A stretch of 64,000 nt of DNA, taken from NCBI GenBank assembly GCA_964252035.1, contig OZ176204.1; one strand, written 5' to 3'. Position numbers and translations under genes: made by a program. The notes beneath the pieces are model-generated. The model did not search any database and had not been told where the DNA came from. It worked only from the letters and a program-made list of their open reading frames with translations. Source of the DNA: Podarcis erhardii. Its lineage: Eukaryota. This document shows positions 1 through 10,775 of the stretch, in pieces. The stretch's first letter is position 1. Every line of letters starts with the position of its first letter.

Positions 1-938
1 TGCAATCTTGGACTGGACTGCATCAAGCTGCAGGTGGGTTTCTGCAAAACTCTATGGAGGGAGAAGGCTAAGGAAAAACTATTTTCCCTGGTATGCTAGC
101 AAGCAGGATTTTAATTTCTGCAAGAGAAAGAATTAAACATATCCCGCCCCCTCATAGTCTTAAATAGAAAAGTTTTTGGTTTAATTGTAGTATGTGCCCT
201 CTCTGTACTTTTAAAATGGCTTTTATCTTGCTTGGTTTTTTTATATATCATATTCATATAGAAATGCTGCTCCAAATAAATGCACAGAGCAGTTACAGCT
301 GTGTGGGATACTAATTGTTACTAGTACTATATTTCCACTTCCAGAAGTGTTGTGTTATACTTTAATGTTTTGCAAGGTATTTGGACATCTCCTATTGTGA
401 AATGCAGCCTTTATTTTAAATAATTGCCCTTTCCCACGAAAAAATTGTCTTTCAGCATTGTATAATTGATGTCCCTGATAAGTGGAAAGATTTTTCCAGA
501 AACATTTAATAGACTATCTGGGCTTACATTCAAAAAGTCCATATATACTGATTACATTATATACATTTGCTTTCAGAACTGAAAATGGTTAGGAAATGAA
601 TCAGTTGTGTACTTGCTGGAGTGCAATATCGCCAATGTCTGGAAGACTAGGCACTATTGTATTGTGCTTCTCTTCACAGAATCAGCACAGGATAAATGTA
701 ACAAATCACTTTGAGTTAGAAAGACATCTAAAGAAGAACACAGTAGGGTGAAGTATTTTCTATTCTACCAGGATGTGTGTAACTAAGTAAGTACTTAGTA
801 GATGAGCCAAACATTCTCCTGACTCCTATGCAAATTAGCATGTGAGAACATACGCTTATTATTATACAAAGAATTGGATGTAAATATCATATAGCCATGG
901 GGTTTAAATACCTACCAGTAGCAACTTCAGAACAGTTA

Positions 939-1197
939 CTGTATTTTTTACTCTATAAGACTCACTTTTTCCCTCCTAAAAAGTAAGGGGAAATATGTGT
1001 GCATCTTATGGAGTGAATGCACGCTGTGCAGCTATCCCAGAAGCCAGAACAGCAAGAGGGATTGCTGCTTTCACTGCACAGCAATCCCTCTTGCTGTTCT
1101 GGCTTCTGGGATTCAGAATATTTTTTTTCTTGTTTTCCTCCTCCAAAAACTAGGTGCGTCTTATGGTCTGGTGCGTCTTATAGAGCGAAAAATATGG
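939..1197. mobile_element. Tc1/mariner-superfamily MITE with an internal perfect hairpin
   Basis: TIRs ctgtattttttactctataagactcac / gtgcgtcttatagagcgaaaaatatgg. TA on the left and CA on the right (mutated TA TSD). The ends match the 8607-8971 copy in opposite orientation. Confidence 0.85.
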
Positions 1198-1227
1198 CAC
1201 TTCCACTTGAGAAGCTTAAAATAATTT

Positions 1228-1275
<48 letters not shown>

Positions 1276-1292
1276 AGAGAAAGAGAGAGAGA
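1228..1292. repeat. Compound (TG)n(GA)n microsatellite
   Basis: Seen directly in the sequence. Confidence 0.95.
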
Positions 1293-2716
1293 GCCAAGTT
1301 CATTCCATGGTATCTCTAGGTAATGCTGTGACAAACTCTTTTCTAACACTCTGAATAGCTACTACCAGCAGTTTCCACAGATTACCATTTGTTCCGATTT
1401 AGTGTTTAAGAGTGGGTTTTCCAGGGGAAAGTGGCAGGCAAAGGCAAAACTGCTTGGACCTGTGCCTAGGAAGGATGGGACAAGCAGCAAAACGCCTCTC
1501 ACCTGTGCTTTCTAGGCATGAGACAAGCAGAAGTGTGGACAAGCCCTTTGATAGGGACCACTGATCTCACTTGGCACAAGGCAGCCTCCCAGGTTCCTAA
1601 GTACTGTAATTCTTACATCATGATTTTGCCATGAACTCCCAGAAAATTCTCCCTGAATCCTCCTGATCTTGGCTGATCAAGTCCAGTTACCAAGTGGTTA
1701 GCCAAGTACTTTCAGAGCAATCTGTTTTGCAGATGTCTTTTGCTTTTTTCCTAATGGCCTTATACTATTTTACACCGAATATTTTGTGCAGTGGAAATAG
1801 CTACAGAATAAATGGCATAATCTCACCTCCTAAAACTAAAATATATAAAAGATTCCCCCCCCCCCGCCAAAGAATAGGAGGTGGTGCTGTGTAAACTTTG
1901 CAAGGTACAAAACTGCAGGCAAGTTTTATAGCTATACTGATTCCTAATTACTTTAATTGAGCCAAGTTGGTAATATATTAAAGGTGTTTCCATAGTGTAA
2001 TTCCCCATTGGGGTATATATATTTGAAAACCACTTTTCCAAGGTACAACTCACACATATAAGCTAGCCCATTTTTAATATCCAATTTGATCATCTGACGA
2101 TATAAAACCATACAGATTAATGTAACATGTGAACGGTGGCTTCATAGATATTATGAGTTGCACGTTATATGACTGTAATGGCTCTAAGAATGCTTCTGTG
2201 GCTAAGAATAAAATTAGCCAGGGGTACCTCAGCAGCGTCATGCAACTTACGCTTTCCTCATACAATTCCATCCATGGATGGAAGGGATTAACTGGAGCAG
2301 ACAACAGGGACATAGGCAGGCGGCTGTATGTATGAACAAGTCCTCTTGTTATCCTACTCTCTGTGACTTTGAAACCATATGCCTGGATAACTTTCTCCCT
2401 TGCCTGCTTCTGTGGATAAACTGCAAATCTGCTTTCCTACATCTGCTGGACGAAGGTCTTACTACTCACACTGTGCTGCTTTTAAGACTCACTGGAATCT
2501 GCTTATTCTGGAGCACATTCAACAAACTTGGCACTGCTTTTCTACAGACTAGACTAACTTTCCTGGTGTGTGGTGATGTTAAATCCCAACTCAGTGGAAT
2601 TGCCCAAATACTAAGAAGATTGAACACATTGTGCTACAGACCCAAGGAAAGTCTGTGGGCTTTCACAGAATGTAAGTCATTGTTGAATTTTACTCAAATG
2701 TGTTATCCAATTTAAA

Positions 2717-2723
2717 ACACACA

Positions 2724-2774
<51 letters not shown>
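2717..2774. repeat. Compound (AC)n(AG)n microsatellite
   Basis: Seen directly in the sequence. Confidence 0.95.
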
Positions 2775-2777
<3 letters not shown>

Positions 2778-3271
2778 ACGACATAAACCCAGAAGTGGAA
2801 GTTCTTAACTCCAATAGGTTTTTTTCTTCAAACATCATTGTACTATTTTGTATCTGTTACTCCTTTTCCATATCTGGTAGCAGATATGTACTTCCAAAAA
2901 GATATGTGCCTACTATTCAGATAGCTCTTCGTGACTCAGGGAATTGATTCTAAAAAGCATGCAATTGAGAGATTGTTTTAGTAGTCGGGACTACATTGAT
3001 CACCCTCTCATTAGCTTCTTTCTTTGCCTCCCTCAAAACTAATGTTTCCAGGATCCTCATTGTACAGTAGACCTTATAATGCTTTCACATGTCACAAAAA
3101 TCCTCAGCGTTTCCTAAAGTCTGTTAAGTGATGTGTGGTTTCAGTAAACCTGAATTGTGATGAGTTCGTTCCATAGCAGTTAAGCATCTGTGCCATTTAT
3201 TGTTGCACAGAAGAGAATTTAGCATAGACAGCTTCTCTGGCTACTGTAGGTAGGTAAGTAATGCATGAGTA

Positions 3272-3330
3272 TGGATTTGAACTCTGGTCTCACATGTCTT
3301 AGTCCAGCACTCTTAACCACTATGCTATGC
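3272..3330 (-). mobile_element. Degenerate tRNA-derived SINE head fragment (MIR/Squam3-like)
   Basis: ggatttgaactctgg...ctcttaaccactatgc is the reverse complement of a tRNA A/B-box head like the one at 58432-58679. Confidence 0.5.
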
Positions 3331-6300
3331 TGATGTCATTACCATGTGCTCTTCCTGGAGCACTTCTTGAGAATCTGCTGATTAAAATAATTCCTTATTT
3401 CTTGAATCTGCATAGGAAGCTTCAGGTTGTATCAAATGGTGTCTCTATGCTCACAGGAAGGCTCTTTGCTGCATCAGAGCTTTCTGTTTGTGGAAGGGAC
3501 GGGGAGGTGACGTTCAAAAATCCTCCTTTTCTCCTCCAGCCCCTTGCACAGTGTTTGTTTCAACCCTCGACCCTCTGGAGGTTTTAAGTACTTTCCTGCA
3601 GAGGGAAGAAGAAATAAGCAAAAATCCCGACCCCTCTTTTCTGCTGATGGTTGAACCCTTTGCGGGACTGCAGGGAAATGACTGGGCGCAACCGCCAATG
3701 AATTGCTTTCAATCAGTGAAATTCTATGCTTGGTTTCAGTTTCCACACTTTGCATCAGACACACAGATGTACAGCTTTGCCCATGGCGGCTGGGAACCTT
3801 GCAGCGGGAAACTGGTTTTGCTGCTTTGTGTGATTAAGGTTTGAGACCTCAAAACATTGTGTGAGCATTGACAACTTGCAAATTGTATCTGCTCTCACCA
3901 GGCTAGGCCTGCCTGAAGCAGCTTTGTTTTGGGGGCTGAAAAATGGCTTAATCAGGCTGAATCTCTCTCTCCCCCCACCCTGTGTGTATGTGTGTGTACA
4001 TATTTTTTTCCTCCACTGCTTCTCTCTTTTTTGTCCTTGAGAACAAAGTTCCAGTCACTTTAATCAGTCACATGAAATGGTCGTTGGAAGAAGTCTGAAA
4101 TCCTTGTCATCTCTTTTTCACATCTCATGAAGATTGTAACTCCACTGTGCGGCAAGAGTGTTAAGTAATCATTGTGGGTTGTTCTCTGGCACAACCTCCC
4201 CGTCTTCACAGCAGATAGCATCTGGCTTGCAGTTTAAAGAGAACTATAATAAAGCTGCAAGGCCCTGCAGTTACTGTGCATGTTTTGTACCAGCTTGCTT
4301 TGAAATTAACATGCTTTGGTTTGTGTGGTTTCAGTAACGACAGCTGAAACACAGTACCTCCAGGGGCTACTTCTGTCTCATACTGCTGGCTTGTTCTTCT
4401 TCTGTGCTTTGCAAATAGAGCTGGTTTTGTGCAATGTACTAGTGAACTTTACGCAGGACAGCAATTATTTATTGGCAGCTATTGAAATAAAATGAGGCCT
4501 TGCCAGTTCATTAGGGCTGGTCCCACTCATATCTGAGAGATACAGTTGTTTCCTTGTTTGCCTTTCTCTCCTAGGGGATAGCAGTCAGTTACTGGCTTCG
4601 TCTAACATTTGATTACCAGTCCTACACACTTTCAGATGTTGTGACCTATACACAGGGCTGCATGGGTGGGAGCAAGAGAGCAGTGAAGGTCCCTGTGCGC
4701 ACAGAAAAAGTGCAGAATGTGGCGTACAGTTTCCCAAGGATCTCAGCTCTTGCTCTCTAGCCCATACAGTTCTGCAAATGTGTTTGAAAATGTGTGACCC
4801 ATACCAGGCAAAATCTCAGAAGCCAGAAATGTGACTGAATAGGTGTTTCAGCAACCGGGACTGAGGAGGCTTCAATGCCCTGTTCAGTTCTTGATCCTTC
4901 TCTAGATTAGCAAAAAAGAAGAAGAAAAATGCAAAACAAGAGAAATTATACCGACACAATAAATTTACATACTGTACAGGTAATAGGATCCAGGTTTACT
5001 TGGTGTGGAATTTTGCTTGCCTGAGGGCAGAATTTGTTTTTCCTCCCTGTTATGAATACACATAGAGCTACTCATACATATAAGGATGTTTGCAAATCTT
5101 AGGTTGTTTCCAGATGACCTCTTTGTTGAACATTCATCCTGATTTGTTTGCAGTGAGGTTACACAACATCAGGTCAAGTGATTGTTGTTCCATGATTTCC
5201 AGTGCATGTTCGTATCCTGTTCCTTATTGTAAAAACTCTGATTTGGGGGGGGGGAGTGGGTTAGTTACGCAAAATCATCAAATCAACTTTTAAGTGTGGA
5301 ACCTGTATGTGACTGAATCCCACCCAAAACAGTCTGTAAGTGTCCTTACTTACAGTACCCACTTATATCCATATTATGGTAACTCATCATGTGCTTCTTT
5401 AGCACTCCCTAACTCTCTAAAGCAGGAAAAAGGAGAGTGAAATTGCAATTCCAATTAGGTTCAAGTCTGTAAACCACAATACCCACAATTTCAGTTAGCA
5501 TGAATTATGTTTAAATGACTACAGACATTGCACTCATCGCTAAAAATGACTATCAAGTTGCAACTAAAACCTTATGTCTTTCAAATCCTTGGGCTTAACC
5601 TTGGCATCTCCTGCTTCGCAACAAAGGAAGTATGTGGTGATATGTATACATACATGGCCACTAGCTGCTGGACTCATGTATCTGATGGATGGCATGATGT
5701 TGAACCTCAATGGTGGGGTAGGGGAGCAGATGGCAGGAAGAAAGCAAGTAAACAAATACTCCTCAGGCTTCCTTCTGATCCACAAAAGCAGGTCAATGTA
5801 TAGAGCAGTAGTTTGTTGAAATAAAATGTAAAGGAGCACAAACTATTATGCAGGGGGAAGGGGGGAATTGTACAGGTGAGAACTCATTGACATGGCAATA
5901 TTGGCAGGATCTTGTTTCCTTAGCATATAACCCAGTTCAGACTCCCTGCCAGACATATAGTATTCTGTTTGTATTTCACATATTTTATAACTACCCTCTG
6001 TGTATATTTTTTTTCCTTGAGCATTTCTGTCATATATTTTCCTGACACTTCATTCATCACTTGGAAGCTGAAGCCAGGGAAAAGAAATGCCAGTATAATA
6101 TCTGTCTCCTTTCCCCTCCAGTTTGACTGTTGGTCTTGTCTTGGAGTTCTTTGGCTTTCCCCTCACTACTTGAGTATATACTGGCAAGGCTGGCTAATTA
6201 CTGCCGGGAGAAATAAGACAGCCACATCTTTCAGCATCTTTTGGAGCTGGGCTCCAAAGCTCACAGTCGTGGTGCAAATTAGAGATCCAAGACAGCCAGC

Positions 6301-7964
6301 AGTTAGGACTATTAGATTTCTACACTGACATTAAGCATAGGGAGTCAATGCACCATTGTATTTCATTTCAGTGGTTGGGTTTCATGGAGTGCCATTAAGG
6401 TTTGATATCAAGCTGCTCTTTTACTGGCAAATTGTTTTATTGCAGTGGCTAAAAGGTGAAAATGACACAGGCCAACCTGCTTTCCTTTTCTCTTGTTAGA
6501 GGCTTTATAACTGTTATAAGAGTTGTAAATGCACATGAGCTGGAACAATGGAGCATTGTTCTTTGGGCTCAGCAACAGCATGTTGACAACGAGTTGCTTT
6601 TAGCTGATTAACTGTCCAGATTCTGAATAGAATATTTTGGTGCTCGTAAACACCACATCTCGAATCAGGTAACGTTTGAAGGCAGCTAATAAAAGCACTG
6701 TTTTTAACTCACACGTACATTGCCTCGCCTTGCATGAAATCAGCAGATGTCTTCATTGTGCATGATCTCTGCAAAACAACACTGGACACTGTTTATGCCA
6801 GTTTTCATTTAACACAGATTCTCCGTAAATAATCTGCAATGATTGAATTACTCATAAAACCACAGCATCCTTGTTTTGCCCTGAGTGTTTAAAGTTCTTA
6901 ACACAAAAAATCACTTTTAAATGTATCAGGTGCTTTGAAAACATTTACCTTATTCATTTTCATTTAAATTCCTGGTTTAGGGGTGGGAAAGTGTAACTTG
7001 GCAGAAGGTGACATGCAGCAAATGCATAAATTGAGCTCAGATCTTTAAAGGTCATACATTCTCTGGGCTACCATGTTCCATCGTAGTTTCCTTCTCCTGG
7101 CTAATGCTTTAAGGGAAAATAATGGTGAAGTCCTCTGTATGGACCCGTCTTAGACACATTATTTTTATCACTGCAGTTCACAGAAGTTGCTCTGAGTAAC
7201 TTCTGCCAGGTCTCTGCTCAGAATTACACTGTTCATGCAAATGCAGACATGGGCACTTCATCCTAGTGGAATGAACAAACCAAGTCTTAAAGGGGCAAGC
7301 AAACTACTTTGCATTTCTGCAGCTTACAGTCACTTCACTGTTTTCCTTCTCGCAGACAGTAATTTTCAGCATTGTGAAGAAACAATTGTAGCACAGTGTG
7401 CTAAATGGCAGGTGATGACAGTTTGGTAGGTAAGACAGGTATTGTTGACAGCTTATAGCATTACACCCTCAACAGGAAAGCTGCCACAATATCCTAGTAG
7501 CAGTGGGAGGTTTTTCTTTGCGGGGGGGGGGAGGGGGGCATTAGCACAAGACCTTTTCAGTATTTTTTCACTTTGGGCAATACAGTCTTGTTAACCTTTC
7601 TTCTACCATAGTTGCTTGGGGATCTCAGAGAGAGAGATTCTTTGGATTTCCCATGCTCAAAGTGAAAAAGAAAATCTCACAGATTTTTAATTTGCAGAAA
7701 AGGAAGGATTTTTATCAGTGAATTTTCATAGGTTTTATACTTTCTCAGTGCGACCCTTAGGTGTAGCAGGGAAGCTGGTATTATAGGTGTGTTTTTTTAA
7801 CTAAGCCCTTAAGACTGGATAATAGAAAAGCAAATAATACAGAACATAGATTTATGCATTGAAGAAGCATTATGGATAATCATGTTCCCTATTGGCACTG
7901 GACATTATAGGCCTAATCAGGACGCTATATTCCTTGTGGATTGTGAGTTTTCCACCTCTTGGCT

Positions 7965-8130
7965 GCATCCCTGGCTTAGTGGTGGAGCATCTTCTTTGCC
8001 TGCAGGGGGTCCCAAATTTGGTCCTCAGCATCTCTGGTTAAAAGGACCTGAGGTATCAGGGTGGGGAAAGGCCTCTGCCCAGCAGCTGTTGCCAGTTATG
8101 TTACTAGACTCAATGTGGCATTCAAAAGAG
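7965..8130 (+). mobile_element. Degenerate tRNA-headed SINE with a CR1-like tail (Squam2-like)
   Basis: A-box tggcttagtggtgg followed by gagcatcttctttgcctgcag...gtccca, then a body resembling the copy at 53148-53272. Confidence 0.5.
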
Positions 8131-8606
8131 TGCAGAACGTGATCACCGATACTGGATGCAAATCCACCAACACAAGACTTGATCCTCAGCTCATCAGGTA
8201 TGCCAGCCTGGAGCTGGTGCAATAAAAATTTAGCAGGGGGAAACACCTCCCCCTGCCCTGCTCAGTGTTAGTCAGCAAGACTTGGGATGAGGTGGTGAAT
8301 CTGCTGCTCCTTTCATCCCCAATTCCATATAGGATAGCTCTGCTAGTCTTTTAAAAACCAAATACTTTGGTAGTTTTAAAACTTTGACCTGTAATCTATG
8401 ACACGCTGTTGTACTGCTTCCCATATACATGTTTAGATGTAAAAACCAAGTAACTGGAAAATAGTTTTTAACAAACAAAAAACCCCTAAAAATAATGGTT
8501 ATATATTGTAGATTCACATTTTTAATTTAATTAACCCACTATATGTCTGAATGCTGGCAAATGCCCACTTTCCGATGGTTCAGTGTGACTGCTTCATCAA
8601 TATGTA

Positions 8607-8971
8607 CCGTATTTTTCGCTCTATAACACGCACCAGACCATAACACGCATGTAGTTTTTAGAGGAGGAAAACAAGAAAAAAAATATTCTAAACGAAATAG
8701 TGGATATATGATTTTTGTGGTTCATGCTGTGGCCACAGACATGTGATCTGACAGTGAGTTTGGAGTAGCCCAATGCAAAAATCCTGAGGATCCATGTGGA
8801 TCCATGCTTTGTAACCACGGAGGAGGGAAGGAAGGGGAACCATGGATCCTCTGCTCACGACTGCAGCAGATCCCCCCCGCCACCCGCAGGCATTCGCTCC
8901 ATAACACGCGCAGACATTTCCCCTTACTTTCTAGGAGGAAAAAAGTGAGTGTTATGGTGCAAAAAATACGG
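8607..8971. mobile_element. Tc1/mariner-superfamily MITE
   Basis: TA|ccgtatttttcgctctataacacgcac ... gtgagtgttatggtgcaaaaaatacgg|TA: TIRs with an intact TA TSD. Confidence 0.9.
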
Positions 8972-10566
8972 TAAATCAAATGTGAAATGAATTAGTTGCC
9001 CTTTTGATTGGTGTTTTAAAACAGGCATATTCTGCAACGTGTTTTTGACACAGTAATAGTGCACCAATGGTGGATTTATTCTGCTTTAGTTTGTTTTGTA
9101 ATGCTACCCGGAAGGGCTCTTAGCATAACAAAAGTAGAATAAAAATAAGCCATATCATTTGCAGCCATATCATTTGCAGGAAGATCTGTGATACAGACTG
9201 ATTAGAAGGGAAGCAGTGTGACCACCCCAAAACTTTTGCAGGTGCCAGCAGTAGTGAAAGAAGGATCACATATGGCTGTCCTGATAACACAATGAGCACA
9301 AATCATAATGAATGTACAATAAAAGGGATGTCTAAAGGGTCCTTAAAACAAGCAGGTAGCAGTTAATGGTTGCCAAATAATTTGCAGCAGGGTGGTAGAA
9401 GTGAATAAAGAGGTAGGGTGTGATTAAGATAGGCCAGGAAACATTGAGCAAAACAATAAGAAGCATAACTTTTTTCTTATTATTATTTTTAAGTTCAGTG
9501 GTACTAGGAAGGCTGTACAATTGCACATCCGGGAAGCTGTCATTCTTCAAAAACTGAAAAGAAGCATACATTTTAGTTGTTTGCTTTGGTATCACTGGTT
9601 CTAATGCAGCCCCAAATTACAAGTCTACCAATGCGAGAGTCCTGCTGGTTAATAAGTGCCATTCAAATTCCTGATAGCAGGATTCTTAAGAAAAATAAAT
9701 GTAGATACTGTAACAAAGCTACTGTACATAAACTTTAAAAAAAAATCCTGTTAAAATAACATTCCCAGCCTTTTCAAACTAATGACATCAAGAAGGTGCC
9801 AAGATAAGGCTTGCATTGGCATGTCGAGGCATGTTTGCAGAATATTAGTCCTGTGTGTGAAGATAAAAACCAAACACTTTTCTCAGGGTCAACATGTAGT
9901 GCTTATTCACAAGTGGTCAGCTGAGAATGAAAGCAACAGGGGAATGCAAGGAATGCCTTGCAATGCAAACAATCCAATGGAATTCACATCTCTATGTATA
10001 GAGATTAATTATGATTGATGCTGTTTTAATTCCTCTTTTTTTTTTCTTTTGTTCCAAAAGACTTATCTTCATATGTCTTAAATCAAGGGTTGATTTCTAC
10101 CTAATGGCAGAAACTGGGCATCCTCACATGACTTTCTTCTCTCTTTCTAACCCATCCCCAACCAAATAATACATATTTCCCATTGCTCCACAAAATAGGC
10201 TGTCATGTTGTGCCCTGCCATGCTTCCCAGTAGAGACAGCCAATGATGTGGAAGGGCAGTGAGAAAACGATGTAGGAAAGGGAAGAGACATCAAATTCGG
10301 GAGAACAACATGACATCAAATTACAGGACAAGTAAAGCTACACATTACCATGAAGAACATGGTGTCTGCCACAATATGTACTTTAACCCTAAGGACTACT
10401 TTGTATAGTCAATGGCTTTGCAAGGGCCCTGAAATTTCTCTCTCCATTTAAAAAATGCTACTCATTGTGATGTTGACTGATGTAAGTACCTGTTCCCCCA
10501 ACTGATAGGGCAGCTGTTGGGGGGGGGTATGTATGCACCATTTCTTTCTTCTGCTCTTTTAGATAA

Positions 10567-10775
10567 GGCAGAAAATTTGTGTTACGCCAGGCTCCTGTGG
10601 CAGCCATTTTGTGTTATGCCACAACCTACGGCATCCATTTTGTGGCATGCCATAACCCCATGGAAGCCTCTTTGTGTTCTGCCACATCCTCATGGCAGCC
10701 ATTTTGTGTTATGCCACACACCCTCTGCACTTTGTAAAAAAAATTCAAGTTGGCCCCGAAGACTGGCAACCCCTG
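10567..10775. repeat. Minisatellite of five ~32-bp units inside a probable hAT-type element remnant
   Basis: Units similar to ggcagccattttgtgttatgccaca start at 10567, 10599, 10630, 10662 and 10694. The segment ends in a TIR-like ggcaacccctg. Confidence 0.7.

Noticed and set aside
997-1349. Overlapping ORFs including poly-ER and poly-SL stretches
   Set aside because: They are produced by the MITE and the (GA)n microsatellite.
2278-2715. 145-aa ORF in the FAM53B intron
   Set aside because: It has the Leu/Cys/Phe-rich composition typical of translated intronic DNA, no resemblance to FAM53B exons and no convincing splice sites.
3132-4337. Exact 16-mer repeat tgtgtggtttcagtaa as a standalone signal
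   Set aside because: About one such match is expected by chance among all position pairs in 64 kb. It is kept only as weak support for the enhancer candidate.
10567-10722. CRISPR-like periodic ~32-bp repeats
   Set aside because: The units are contiguous and degenerate with no unique spacers, there are no cas genes, and the DNA is vertebrate. It is a minisatellite.
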